Virus record (IMG/VR): IMGVR_UViG_3300037851_000372
Span: 1 to 62,105 of that record
Source: a virus
Taxonomy: Duplodnaviria > Caudoviricetes
Length of the DNA: 62,105 bases
Direction: 5' to 3' (one strand)
Positions 1-10,223 of the stretch are shown in pieces. Numbering within the stretch: the first letter of the stretch is position 1; the number at the start of each line of letters is the position of its first letter. A program made the translations under genes and the position numbers. The notes beneath the pieces are model-generated. The model searched no databases, was not told the origin of the DNA, and saw nothing but the letters and a program-made list of their open reading frames with translations.

Positions 1-2
1 TC

Positions 3-500
3 CCCGGCTGCCGCCTTCGATCTGCGATTGACGGCATGGCTCCTGTGGTTGATGCTCAAGGCCGCGCCCGCGTCCCGCTCGACCAGGCCAAGGCCCTTGC
101 GTCGTTCCCCAAGACGCCTGGGATGCAGCTCCACGTCAATCCGGGTGCCTGCACCTACTCGATTGTGGACCCTCTGCATGGAAATACGAAGATGTTGAAC
201 GAGATCGCTACTCACTTTCGTGAGGCTGGCGACTTCTCGCAGAGCGGCAAGATGGACGGGGTTGAAAGGGTGGACGGTAAGCTCGACCAGCACAGAATGA
301 AATCGCTGTGTCGCGAACTGCTGTGCATCGTGCAGGCTGGCGACGGTGTGCTGCTCGAAGGCAAGTTGGAAGCGGCGGACATCGAAGACCTGCCCGGCCG
401 CTTCCTGCTCAACCCAGGCAGCACCGTGCCCAACACCCAGCCCATCTACGAAGACGACTTCCCCGCGTGGGTCGACAACCTTTCGCGAAGCGGAGGCTGA
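3..500 (+). CDS. Hypothetical protein upstream of the neck genes, probably truncated at the window start
   Basis: The frame of the 36..500 ORF is open back to position 3; it directly precedes the neck/tail genes. Confidence 0.55.
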   Translation, partial: PGCRLRSAIDGMAPVVDAQGRARVPLDQAKALASFPKTPGMQLHVNPGACTYSIVDPLHGNTKMLNEIATHFREAGDFSQSGKMDGVERVDGKLDQHRMKSLCRELLCIVQAGDGVLLEGKLEAADIEDLPGRFLLNPGSTVPNTQPIYEDDFPAWVDNLSRSGG

Positions 501-503
501 TGC

Positions 504-1025
504 ATGGCACGGGCAGGCTCACGTAGACCAACGAGTGCCGCCCGCCGTGCTGCGAGTGTTCAACGTGCCTACGGGCGGAGAGCAGATGCCTCCGCCCGTA
601 GGACCGTTCGCATTGACTGGTACATAGACCAAGTCAGTCTGTACATGAACCTGGGCCTGAAGCATCGCGTTCAGATTGCTACGGAGCACCTGCGCAACCG
701 CGTAGTCGAGAACATCAGTAAGCCTGTGACCAAGGCAGTGGGTCCGAATGGTGGGGTTCAGGTCACGCAAAGATCGAGACCCGGCGAGTTCCCGCGAGCG
801 GACACGACGCTACTGATGAAGACGATTTTTGGCGAGGTGATGGAGTCGAGGCCCAGAGTGTGGGAGGGGTACGTCGGGACGCCACTTGACTACGGACTGA
901 TCCTGGAAGTAAGCCCAAGGCTGGACAGGTCGTTTCTGCTCCGCACGTTTCGCGAGGAGTCCGAACGCATCCGCAAGATCCTCACCGCTCCATTCGAGGG
1001 GCACACTGTGGAGGTGATAACGTGA
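504..1025 (+). CDS. HK97 gp10-like neck/tail-completion protein
   Basis: Basic protein with RSRPGEFPRADTTLLMKTI and VGTPLDYGLILE motifs resembling this family; position before the tail terminator. Confidence 0.7.
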   Translation: MARAGSRRPTSAARRAASVQRAYGRRADASARRTVRIDWYIDQVSLYMNLGLKHRVQIATEHLRNRVVENISKPVTKAVGPNGGVQVTQRSRPGEFPRADTTLLMKTIFGEVMESRPRVWEGYVGTPLDYGLILEVSPRLDRSFLLRTFREESERIRKILTAPFEGHTVEVIT

Positions 1026-1492
1026 TCGCAAACCTTCATCGTGACATAGCCTCTGTTTGGATGACGTCGGGTCTCGACGGCAAGTTTCGTGACTACTGGC
1101 CGGAGACTGCGACGGAGTTCCTGACGCTCAACAACGAGGAAGCGTCCCCGGGCACCCCCTTCCCTTATTGCATCTTCTCTATTGAGCCCACCAGCATTCG
1201 GACACGGATGTCGGGCCTCACACCGACAAGCAAGAGGGAGCATAGGGAGATCGCTTGTCGCTTCCTGATCCACGCGCAGCAGACAGCGTCTCGAAGTGCA
1301 AAGGAAATGGCAGCCCTGATGGCGGACGAGGTAGCGTCCATCTTCGGAGGACACGCTACAATCGCACCGACGGAGATACCCAACGTCTTCCAGACCACGC
1401 TCACTTCCAATCAAGGCATCCGTACAGAGACGACGAACTACTCCTGGGTTCTCAACTACACTTTCGAGACCGACAACGTCGTCGCGTACTGA
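1022..1492 (+). CDS. Putative tail terminator protein
   Basis: 156 aa, PGTPFPYCIF motif, synteny between neck and tail tube genes. Confidence 0.6.
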   Translation: MIANLHRDIASVWMTSGLDGKFRDYWPETATEFLTLNNEEASPGTPFPYCIFSIEPTSIRTRMSGLTPTSKREHREIACRFLIHAQQTASRSAKEMAALMADEVASIFGGHATIAPTEIPNVFQTTLTSNQGIRTETTNYSWVLNYTFETDNVVAY

Positions 1493-1505
1493 ATAGGAAA
1501 GTCAC

Positions 1506-2102
1506 ATGGCACGATCACTCAGTAATCCGGTGATGTCTATCTCCATCACAGGTACAGTCAGGAACACACTGACAGAGCTTGGAAAAGTCGCCTCCGTTCC
1601 TGTCGGATTCTCTTTCGCCCCCACGGTGTCTTCGGGTACCGATGAAAACCAGGCAGATCGTGCGGTTGAATATGCTGTCACTATTCTTGAAGACGATACA
1701 CTGGTCATCGACTTGTCTTCATGGACAGGCATCGATTTTGGTGCGGGGGATGGTAACGATGGAACGGGACAGTCGCTCTACCCGCTCTACCAGATTGTGG
1801 CTATCGCTATCTCAAATGAAAACGGGGTCTCTGATGTTGGTATGCTGGAAGTGGTGCCAGATGTGACGGAAGGTTGGACACCCATTGGCGAGCACACTGT
1901 GGCCACTGGGGGCGCTCTTGCTGGTCAGAGTGTGCTCGTGAAAGCAAACCTCTCCGCGTCTGCATTTGAGATTGTAGAAGGCGTGTCCAGCCGCATTGCA
2001 CTCACCTCCGTCGGTGGAGATGTAGCGTTCCGAATTCTGATTTTCGCTAGGTCTGTGGCAGTGCCGAGCAGCTCTAGCTCTTCCTCTTCCTCTGGAGCTT
2101 GA
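1506..2102 (+). CDS. Virion structural protein with C-terminal poly-serine
   Basis: Beta-rich acidic 198 aa protein in the tail module, ends VPSSSSSSSSSGA. Confidence 0.6.
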   Translation: MARSLSNPVMSISITGTVRNTLTELGKVASVPVGFSFAPTVSSGTDENQADRAVEYAVTILEDDTLVIDLSSWTGIDFGAGDGNDGTGQSLYPLYQIVAIAISNENGVSDVGMLEVVPDVTEGWTPIGEHTVATGGALAGQSVLVKANLSASAFEIVEGVSSRIALTSVGGDVAFRILIFARSVAVPSSSSSSSSSGA

Positions 2103-2104
2103 TC

Positions 2105-2575
2105 ATGTCCTCAGAAAATACAGTCACAGGCCGTCACGGGAAATTCGTTGTCGAGGCTACGCTGGTCGCTCGGACGACCAAGTGGGGTGTCAAGGACACG
2201 CTCGCTTCCAAGTCGGAATGGGGCGACAGCGACTCAGCCGGGTACACGAACCGGGCAGCCGGTCGCAAAGATTCCACGTTCGACGCGGAGGGCAAGTTTG
2301 ACAGGCTTGCTCAAGTCCTCAACCTGTTCACTACTGGCGACACGGCTGAAGCTACGCTGTGGATGGACGGCGAGCAGCAGAACCCCGCCAACAACCTCTA
2401 CTATCACTACCCTCGTGCCCTCTGCATGGACTTCAACCTGACGGTTGACATGGACAGCGAAGAGGTCATTGGGTGGACGAGCTCCTGGGGAGCCGATGGC
2501 AAGTTTTGGAAGCCGGGTGAAGACGGCATTCCTGAGCAGACTCTGCCGACCGTTGGGTCTGCTGAAGGTCCGTGA
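2105..2575 (+). CDS. Putative major tail tube protein
   Basis: GRHGKFVV...W...GDSDSAGYTNRAAGRKDSTFDAEGKFD pattern resembles siphoviral tube proteins; precedes chaperone and tape measure. Confidence 0.7.
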   Translation: MSSENTVTGRHGKFVVEATLVARTTKWGVKDTLASKSEWGDSDSAGYTNRAAGRKDSTFDAEGKFDRLAQVLNLFTTGDTAEATLWMDGEQQNPANNLYYHYPRALCMDFNLTVDMDSEEVIGWTSSWGADGKFWKPGEDGIPEQTLPTVGSAEGP

Positions 2576-2608
2576 TCAGTCAGTTAGTGAAAGGAAAGAA
2601 GAACACCC

Positions 2609-3259
2609 ATGTCTGAAGACGTTGCAAGAGCTGTTGGCGCGGGCGGGCCGGAACCACTCATCATTGACGGTATTGAGTGCAAGGCCCGCCCGTTGTCCAT
2701 CAGAGAACTGGCAGAAGTGGAACGCGACTGCCTGTCCCGTTATCGCAAGTCCTACCTCTCCACGTTCTCCGAGAACCTGGAGATGCTTGGTGAGGCAGGA
2801 CCAAACCTGCTTCAGCAGAAGATGGAGGAGGCTGCCAAGTGGGACATTGGAGACCTGCCGTCCAAGTGGGCACACGACACGTCCACCATGCCCATCACCA
2901 CAAAGCTCGTTGATTGGCTGAAGGGGAGTTTCAGCTTCAGCGAAGCAGGTATCGCGAAGGAGAAGATCGAGACGCTGATCAGGCAGATGGTTGCCACGGC
3001 TCTCGATTCCGGAGTCCTGTCCGCTGCTCGTTACAAAGAGCTGGTAGGCCATGAAGTGGAGAAGGCCAAAGTCGGGTATGTGAACTGGTGGGTGACGGGA
3101 ACGTACGATGGTATGATCTCCATGGTGTGGATGTCCGTTCGTGACAACGGCGTCAGCCGGGACGCTGTTGCAAAGGCGATCGGGACCAACCCGCACCTCT
3201 TCATTCATGCATCGCGGGAGATTGAGAAACTAACGGCGCCCTCCGTGGGAAATGGGTAG
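2609..3259 (+). CDS. Tail assembly chaperone (gpG-like)
   Basis: Between tube and tape measure; ends in slippery heptamer G GGA AAT. Confidence 0.75.
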   Translation: MSEDVARAVGAGGPEPLIIDGIECKARPLSIRELAEVERDCLSRYRKSYLSTFSENLEMLGEAGPNLLQQKMEEAAKWDIGDLPSKWAHDTSTMPITTKLVDWLKGSFSFSEAGIAKEKIETLIRQMVATALDSGVLSAARYKELVGHEVEKAKVGYVNWWVTGTYDGMISMVWMSVRDNGVSRDAVAKAIGTNPHLFIHASREIEKLTAPSVGNG

Positions 3260-3654
3260 GACCGGATGCCAAGGGGACAGACATCCGGTCGCATGAGGTA
3301 GTCCCAGATCTGATGTGCGGGATCGGTCCTTTTCATATTCGAATCCTGTGCGACAACACGTTTGAAGGCGGCTTGGGTTTCACTCCATCGCAAGTAGGGG
3401 ACATGACCTTGGATCAGGTCTTCATGCTGCTGTGCGATAGAAAGGCGCTTCGCAAGTCCACGCGACGTCGTGTAGCCTGCGTCCCATCCGCAATCGCACC
3501 GAGATCAAGAGATGGGCAGGTGCGAGCAGTCGCTGACGATGGGTCGCACATACTTGCGACTGCTGTAGGTAAAAGCCTAGCTCAGCGTATCATGGAAGCG
3601 AAGAAGCTAGAGCAGAGCAAGAAGATCGCGACAGCACAGAAGAGAAAGAGGTGA
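3247..3654 (+). CDS. Tail assembly chaperone -1 frameshift extension (gpT-like)
   Basis: The -1 frame is open without a stop from GGGAAAT (3247-3253) through the 3313..3654 ORF. Confidence 0.75.
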   Translation, partial: GKWVGPDAKGTDIRSHEVVPDLMCGIGPFHIRILCDNTFEGGLGFTPSQVGDMTLDQVFMLLCDRKALRKSTRRRVACVPSAIAPRSRDGQVRAVADDGSHILATAVGKSLAQRIMEAKKLEQSKKIATAQKRKR

Positions 3655-3657
3655 CCC

Positions 3658-4938
3658 GTGGGACTTGAACTTGCGAAGGCATGGGTACGGGTTGCTGTCG
3701 ACAACTCGGGGCTTGCAGCGGGGTTGGAAGAGACGAGGCAGGCTGTTGAGGGATCCTTGCGATCCATAACGCCGCTGGTGGGCACGGTGCTCGCCGGGCT
3801 AGGCCTCAACAACCTGCTCTCCGATGCACGAGCCATGATGGGCGAGGCGCAGGCCCGTACCCAGGCAGAGCGACGGCTGGAGTCGGCGTGGATCGCTACG
3901 GGCAATGCGATTGGCATGTCCCTCAAGGAGCTTCATGCCTGGGGTGAAGAGTGGGAGCGTGTGACCAGCTTTGACGGTACCCAGATCATTGACGTCATGT
4001 CCTCACTCTTGACGTATACCGCACTGACGCGGAGCGAGATGCAGAAGGTGATGGACACTGCGATGGACATCACTGCCCAGTATGGTGGCGACCTGAAGAT
4101 GAACGTCCAGCAGATCGCCAAGATGCTCAGCAATCCGCTCGACAAGAACGTGGGGCTCGGCAAGCTCGGTCAGCAAGGCTACTACATCACGCCCGAGCAG
4201 CGAACGAAGATGAAGAGCTACCAGGAAAGCGGGAACGAGGAAGGAGCTCGCGGTGTGTTGATGGAGGTGCTGAGCGGACAGGAGGGGGCTGCCAGGCGCA
4301 TCGCCGGTCCATACACTGAGCTGAAGCGACTGAAGAACGAGTTAAAAGAGATCCGTATCACAGTCGGTCGGCAAGTGTCCGACGTATGGAAGAAGTGGGA
4401 GGAAGCCACGATTGCGTTGTCGTTTGCAAAGGCTCGGCTCGTCTCCTGGATCATGTGGCTGGCGGATGCGTTGCTGACCGTCAACTACGCGCTTGGCGAC
4501 GGACTTATCTTGTCGCTCGCAGCAGGTGCCGCAGGTGCCGTGGCGCTTGCCAACGCTCTGATGGGTGTGTGGAAGTCCTTGCTAATGATCTCCACACTTG
4601 TCAAAGTGAACCCATGGATGCTGGCACTGGGCTTGCTCGTAGGTGGCGGCATATGGCTCATGGGCTACTTGTCAAAGGGCCAGGCAGACGCAAAGAAGAA
4701 GGACAAGCCGGACGACAAGAAAGCCGAAGGGGCATCTGTCAAGGAGAAGCCCAAGTTCGAAATCAGACGCGAGGGCTTCTTGGAGTTCGGCAAGACGGTC
4801 CAGGCGTCGTTTCTCAAGGACGCGGACAAGGACATCCCGCGTCGCCAGCTAGACGCTCTGCACGAGAACACTACGGCCGTCGCGAAAGTGGAGACGGCTG
4901 TGAGAGAGCTTCGTATACCTCAACAAGGATTGGCGTGA
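3658..4938 (+). CDS. Tape measure protein (short, 426 aa)
   Basis: MGLELAKAWVRV start, helical Ala/Gln/Glu-rich body, hydrophobic segments near the C-terminus, position after the chaperones. Confidence 0.8.
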   Translation: MGLELAKAWVRVAVDNSGLAAGLEETRQAVEGSLRSITPLVGTVLAGLGLNNLLSDARAMMGEAQARTQAERRLESAWIATGNAIGMSLKELHAWGEEWERVTSFDGTQIIDVMSSLLTYTALTRSEMQKVMDTAMDITAQYGGDLKMNVQQIAKMLSNPLDKNVGLGKLGQQGYYITPEQRTKMKSYQESGNEEGARGVLMEVLSGQEGAARRIAGPYTELKRLKNELKEIRITVGRQVSDVWKKWEEATIALSFAKARLVSWIMWLADALLTVNYALGDGLILSLAAGAAGAVALANALMGVWKSLLMISTLVKVNPWMLALGLLVGGGIWLMGYLSKGQADAKKKDKPDDKKAEGASVKEKPKFEIRREGFLEFGKTVQASFLKDADKDIPRRQLDALHENTTAVAKVETAVRELRIPQQGLA

Positions 4939-5936
4939 TGCCTGACGACTCGTATCTTGACAACCCAGACAGCTGGCGTCTGGCAACGCCCATCAAGGGC
5001 GTACCGTATCGCTTCGTGAGTGCCGAAGCGGAGTACACCTACAACGAAGGCGAAGCTGTGTGGTCTGTGATCATACCACAAGACAGAATCTCTGACTTCC
5101 GTGACGAGATGTTTCCACCGCCGGATCCAGGCAAGGTGGAACAAGGATTTGTGGAGCTGCCTAGGCCAAAAGTGATGCCTGGCGACCCGTCAATGGTCGC
5201 TACCAAGATCAAGATCACGCCTCATGTTGAGGGCAAGCCATTTGATCTGTTCAGTCATGATGCCAACGCCGCATTTGAAACCTATCAGCCTCTTGCTGCT
5301 GTCGAGATTACATTCTCAACAAAGGAGGATATAGAATACCTTGAAATTAGAGGTGAAGGGAGTGGGGAGTTCATAACCATACCGCCAACTGAGAAGGCGG
5401 TGTATGACCTCGTGTCTGCTGGCGTGACGCAAGCGGAGATCGACGCCAACCCAGACTGGTATACGGACTATGTGATATCGAAGAAGCCGACGGCTATCAC
5501 CATCATGCTTCCACTGATCAACTGGTCAGTGACGTGGACTGGTGTTCCGTTCGAGTTCTTCACTGAGACGTTGGTACACAGACTTCGCGATGCGATGGGT
5601 AAGATCAACCACGCGCCGCTCGAGTTCCTGTTCGGCGCTCCTATGGACACGATCCTGTTCCTGAACTGGGACTATGCACAGACCAACACCTACCGTCTGT
5701 ATGAGGGCAAGCGAGCTAAGACGGTCAACGTGACGATGAACTTTGTCGAGAAGCGCATCCCGCTTCAGATATCCGACGATGAGACAGGTGATTCTGCCTA
5801 TGGTGGTCACAACCACCACTATGTTCCTGGGGTCGGTTGGGCTCACGTTGCGATTGGTGACGACCCAAAGCCTACCTACAAACAAACGGACCTCGCTATC
5901 CTCATTCAGTCGGTACCCATTCAGATTGGTGAGTGA
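4938..5936 (+). CDS. Minor tail (distal tail/hub-like) protein
   Basis: TGATG coupling to the tape measure stop gives start 4938 rather than 4386; synteny. Confidence 0.6.
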   Translation: MPDDSYLDNPDSWRLATPIKGVPYRFVSAEAEYTYNEGEAVWSVIIPQDRISDFRDEMFPPPDPGKVEQGFVELPRPKVMPGDPSMVATKIKITPHVEGKPFDLFSHDANAAFETYQPLAAVEITFSTKEDIEYLEIRGEGSGEFITIPPTEKAVYDLVSAGVTQAEIDANPDWYTDYVISKKPTAITIMLPLINWSVTWTGVPFEFFTETLVHRLRDAMGKINHAPLEFLFGAPMDTILFLNWDYAQTNTYRLYEGKRAKTVNVTMNFVEKRIPLQISDDETGDSAYGGHNHHYVPGVGWAHVAIGDDPKPTYKQTDLAILIQSVPIQIGE

Positions 5937-6688
5937 TGGCTCATTTTCCTGACAAGAGACGCGGGGACATGCTGTCACACCAGCATGTCAACTCCCTGAA
6001 TGCAGTCGCAAGGGAAGCCAACCGACTCAAAGTGGGCAGCGGTGTTCGTGGGTGGGGACATCACGTTGCCATGGAGCCCCCGTGGCTTCAGTGTGTGGCT
6101 ATTGTTGTCGACCCGGAATTAGAGTCGTCCTCGTCTGGGGAGACGGATGACATATTTTCTTGCGAGGGTATGGCAACAATCCGATTTCGATGGTTCGATC
6201 CAGAAGCGGAGACAGAGGAAGAAGGAATCTATGGTGCCTGGACAACCGATGATACAGCAGGTCGGTATGCCTGCCTCGATTACAAAGCCGTCGGATTAGA
6301 CGAAATTGCTATCGGTTCAATTTTGACTGTGTGGTGGGATGCGCAGCGAGGGGTATGGGTACCAGTCGTTGGTAGTCCTAGTTGCATTCGTGTTTCGTGG
6401 TCTGGTAGCTGGGAATATGCGAGCAACAAGACAGTATCGATCTTCGGTACATCAGATACTGTCAAAGCTCGGAACATGCTCATCGGAGTCGGCGCTGGTG
6501 AAGGGTGGATTGTATCAGCGGCAGAAGACGAGGATGATCCAGACGAAACACCAGCCAAATGGTTTCTCATCTCCTTCGACTACACAAAGCTCGCCAGCTA
6601 TGACGAGAATTTAGTGCAATTTCTTGGGCATACAAATACTGGAATCATGCAATGGTATGACGAGACTACTTGTGAGCCATTGGAATGA
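5936..6688 (+). CDS. Minor tail protein
   Basis: Coupled ORF in the tail module; contains an ESSSSGE tract. Confidence 0.55.
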   Translation: MAHFPDKRRGDMLSHQHVNSLNAVAREANRLKVGSGVRGWGHHVAMEPPWLQCVAIVVDPELESSSSGETDDIFSCEGMATIRFRWFDPEAETEEEGIYGAWTTDDTAGRYACLDYKAVGLDEIAIGSILTVWWDAQRGVWVPVVGSPSCIRVSWSGSWEYASNKTVSIFGTSDTVKARNMLIGVGAGEGWIVSAAEDEDDPDETPAKWFLISFDYTKLASYDENLVQFLGHTNTGIMQWYDETTCEPLE

Positions 6689-9600
6689 CAGACGTAAGAA
6701 AAGTCTTGACTCGTGACGGAAAAGTCGTCCGCAATACTGAATATGCAGATGGTAGCGGTTGGAAGAAGATCGTCACCAAGACACGTTGCCTGCCTGAAAC
6801 GCTTACCATCACTCTATCTGGATTTGCTGACGCGTATCCAGACCGTGCAGAAATACCGCTGGCGTTCTCATCCTGTTTTGGGTCTGGCGCAGCCGGGAAC
6901 GTAGGCGCTCCGCCATCAGGTTCGATTCCATCCGCCGTCTCCAGTCCCGTTCTTACGGCGGCAGGCAGCGGCTACGCCGTCTTGGGCCGAGTAGAGCCGA
7001 ACATGCGGCTTACTGTAGTCGGTACTGGCGAGGGAGCAGAACTGACCCCCGTGCTGGTCGAGGACGAGGACTCGTGCGGTCGTCCGATATGGGTGATCGA
7101 TTCGGTTACCGTCGATCACCCTGGGAACGACTACGACGAATACACATACATCGACGTGCAAATCGGAAACTTTCCCGACTACAAAGCTGTCTCCGATGAT
7201 GTGTCTGGAACCGACGCAAGAATTCGAGTGGCCTGGTATGACAATGAAGGCGAGTGGGAAGTCGATGACATATTCATCCTTGCTGCGGGTTCCGATTACG
7301 AAGTAGGCGATACGTTCACGGTTGATACAGGGCTGACGCTCACCGTGGCCACTGTCGGCGGTGGAGGAGAAATCCTCTCGCTGACACCAAACCAGACCGA
7401 GACTTACCCTGTGCTGGAATCATTTGGATCGCCGTATCTGGTACCAGACCTTGGCAGATTCGAGCCGACGCTGACTCTTGCCACATTGGGCGGTGGTGCT
7501 GAACTGACCGTGAACATGGACCCGCTTTCTGTCGATCCGCCGTTGACGTGGACGATAGCCAGCGTGACTGTGGTGGACGGCGGGGATGATGAAGTTTTCT
7601 TTGACAACGACGCGATCTTCGTCGAGGAGAATCCAAATAACATAGGCGAGAGTACCGAGACTCTTTCTGTCCGAACGAACAGATCAGAGCCGTCGTATGA
7701 TTTCTCTGGCGGGAACAGCGATGCCATTTTCGATACGACGTACACCGAAGATGGCACCCCTCCGGACCAGGCATGGTACCTGGCTGACGTTACAGTGACG
7801 GATGGCGGTACAGGGTACTACGATATGGAGTATCTGTCAGTTTCGCCTAGCGGCTACAGAGACATCGATCTATACACGCCTGTCCTCGTCGTGAGAACAG
7901 AAAGAGCCGAACCGAGCGTACACCTAGAGCCTAGTTCTGTTTCGGGCAGCAGCGCGAGCATATCACTCACTCTCACTGCTGGCACAGACTTTGAGGGTCG
8001 CGACTCATGGACTGTCACCGGAACATCGATCGATAACGGCGGCAGTGGATACGAGGTCGGCGACACGTTTGTGGTCGTGACTAGCGACGGTGTCGAAATG
8101 ACAGCCGGATATGTCGAAGTCACTACAGTTGACGATGGTGAAATCACCGCCGTGAGTATCACGGACGCTGGTGAATACTATCGAGACACCGGCATCATTG
8201 AAGAGGTCGTCATCGAAAATCCCGGCCTCGGCTACCACGATGATGGATCTATCCACAGCGTGGTTGTGAGCCAGGGTGGCGAGTTCTGGCAGCAGTCAGA
8301 AGATTTGTCGAGTGTGATAATCACCGATCCCGGTGAGTCATACACGGAAGACCCAGCCGAAGATCCGATACTTGCTGACGTGACGATCACAGTAGATGGT
8401 GGAGAAGGCACAGGCGCAACATTCACAGCCGAGATAAATGACGATGTTGAGAGTCCTCAGTTTGGGCAGCTATCTGGAATCACTCTTGACAACGGCGGCA
8501 GTGGGTATAACGCGACTGTCTGGATAAAGCCTTGCTGTTCCCAGCGGTTTGACAGTGAGACGATCGTGGTGAAGCGTGGGCAGGGTTGCCACGTCGATTG
8601 CAGGCAAGCCACGCAAGATTACCATGAAAAGACGAGCCAGTGTTATGCGACTCATCGATCGTGTGGTTTGTCTTACTTCGCGACGGTCTGGCCATATGAC
8701 CACCGAAGAAACAGAGCAACCGAATACAGGGTTGAGTATCGGGGTCCGGATCTTCCGCCGCTGGTCCGCATAGAGCAGTCGCAGAATTGTGCTTCGAGTT
8801 CTGATGAATTCAATTGGCTCCCTATTGGCGCGACCTGCATCACGACAATGGAGTCTACGACTCTTGTTGGTGTCGGCGACCCACTAGAGTTTACCGCAGT
8901 GTCGGCAGGCGGCGCAACCGCTGTCGTTACCGAGGGTGGCGAATACGATATCGAAGCTGGTATTGCTGATCGTGCGACGGGGGCCAGCTCTTTCTATGTC
9001 ACGGCCTCCTGTTGTCCGTGCTGCGGCGGCGCTGCGGCAATGCCTGACGAGATAACTTGCCGAGTTACAGGAGTGGACAATCTCGGGAAGGTGTTTCGTT
9101 TTCGAGAAGAAGACGGCGGCCCAGATTTCGGTGACGATTTTTGGGACGAGGTCGAAGAGCTTGATCCAATACCGCCAATTCCAGAATCAGATATCGTTTT
9201 GACTCGTGACGGATGCCGCTACTCTGGCGATGCTACGATTTCGCTCGGAGAGATAACGCCTTGGGGTGGCACGCTGTCCGCCAAGATCACGATCACTCTC
9301 TCTGCCGAGCCTTGTCAGGGCACATATGGACAGAGCATTCAAATCTACTCACCAACCAATTATGACATTTCTGGTGAGTACGTGCTGCCCGCGTCTTTCA
9401 GCATCGATCACGAGTATGTGACATGCAATGAATGCGTGAAAGACAGATGTCGTGTCGTGTGGAGTATTGATATTGAATTCATTGCAGAGGGGGACTGGGG
9501 CAATTTTGGTTTAGACGAGCCACTTCCGTGGAATGGTATCAATATCTATACGCTCCCAACAGACATCAGTCGCATTTATACTGGGTGGTTTGCGGACCCA

Positions 9601-9822
9601 GCCAAATTCATTCCACAGATAACGACGGACTGTCATGAGATTTGCAAAGAAGGGCCGATCTGTAATGGGGAGTCATGGGGTACACATACATTGCAAAGTG
9701 TATGCCTGAATTCGAGACTTGTCGAGATCGAAGACCCAGAAACATACGAGTATGAAGTGGCGCCGCAACTCGAATCTACATCGTACAAAGAAATCACTGT
9801 GGCCACATTCTCAATCGTATGA
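6685..9822 (+). CDS. Large acidic tail-tip/receptor-binding protein with GGxGY beta repeats
   Basis: 1045 aa; repeated V-x-V-x-D-G-G-x-G-Y units; Cys-rich flanks; last large tail gene. Confidence 0.65.
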   Translation: MTDVRKVLTRDGKVVRNTEYADGSGWKKIVTKTRCLPETLTITLSGFADAYPDRAEIPLAFSSCFGSGAAGNVGAPPSGSIPSAVSSPVLTAAGSGYAVLGRVEPNMRLTVVGTGEGAELTPVLVEDEDSCGRPIWVIDSVTVDHPGNDYDEYTYIDVQIGNFPDYKAVSDDVSGTDARIRVAWYDNEGEWEVDDIFILAAGSDYEVGDTFTVDTGLTLTVATVGGGGEILSLTPNQTETYPVLESFGSPYLVPDLGRFEPTLTLATLGGGAELTVNMDPLSVDPPLTWTIASVTVVDGGDDEVFFDNDAIFVEENPNNIGESTETLSVRTNRSEPSYDFSGGNSDAIFDTTYTEDGTPPDQAWYLADVTVTDGGTGYYDMEYLSVSPSGYRDIDLYTPVLVVRTERAEPSVHLEPSSVSGSSASISLTLTAGTDFEGRDSWTVTGTSIDNGGSGYEVGDTFVVVTSDGVEMTAGYVEVTTVDDGEITAVSITDAGEYYRDTGIIEEVVIENPGLGYHDDGSIHSVVVSQGGEFWQQSEDLSSVIITDPGESYTEDPAEDPILADVTITVDGGEGTGATFTAEINDDVESPQFGQLSGITLDNGGSGYNATVWIKPCCSQRFDSETIVVKRGQGCHVDCRQATQDYHEKTSQCYATHRSCGLSYFATVWPYDHRRNRATEYRVEYRGPDLPPLVRIEQSQNCASSSDEFNWLPIGATCITTMESTTLVGVGDPLEFTAVSAGGATAVVTEGGEYDIEAGIADRATGASSFYVTASCCPCCGGAAAMPDEITCRVTGVDNLGKVFRFREEDGGPDFGDDFWDEVEELDPIPPIPESDIVLTRDGCRYSGDATISLGEITPWGGTLSAKITITLSAEPCQGTYGQSIQIYSPTNYDISGEYVLPASFSIDHEYVTCNECVKDRCRVVWSIDIEFIAEGDWGNFGLDEPLPWNGINIYTLPTDISRIYTGWFADPAKFIPQITTDCHEICKEGPICNGESWGTHTLQSVCLNSRLVEIEDPETYEYEVAPQLESTSYKEITVATFSIV

Positions 9823-10223
9823 CCAACTGTGACTATGAACCATCGACTTTGACTTGTCGCGTGTGTGGGCATGTTGCAAAGCGGCTACCGACGTATCGCA
9901 AGTGTAAGCCTGTTCCGCCGCCCGCCTCGCGAACACCACCAAATGCAAATGGCCCTGGCTATTACGCCACGAAGCTGCTCTCATGGGTCGGCATTCGCTA
10001 TACGCCGGACTGTGAATGCGCATCTATGGCAGCCAGGATGGACTACATGGGCATTGATTGGTGCCTGTCTGATGTTGGCATGAGTGAGATTCTAGCGACT
10101 ATGAAGCGTGAGCATGAGAAGCGCAAGATGCTCATTCCGTGGTCAGATGCGGCTGCGATTGGATTGGTCAAGACGGCTTGTGAGCTTGCTGAGAGGGACG
10201 CTAAACGATGCAATTCCCATTGA
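9819..10223 (+). CDS. Cys-rich hypothetical protein (tail-associated)
   Basis: CRVCG and CECASMAARMD motifs; ATGA-coupled. Confidence 0.6.
   Translation: MTNCDYEPSTLTCRVCGHVAKRLPTYRKCKPVPPPASRTPPNANGPGYYATKLLSWVGIRYTPDCECASMAARMDYMGIDWCLSDVGMSEILATMKREHEKRKMLIPWSDAAAIGLVKTACELAERDAKRCNSH

Noticed and set aside
4386-4937. N-terminal extension of ORF 4386..5936
   Set aside because: Overlaps the tape measure gene in another frame; TGATG coupling at 4936-4940 gives the likely start
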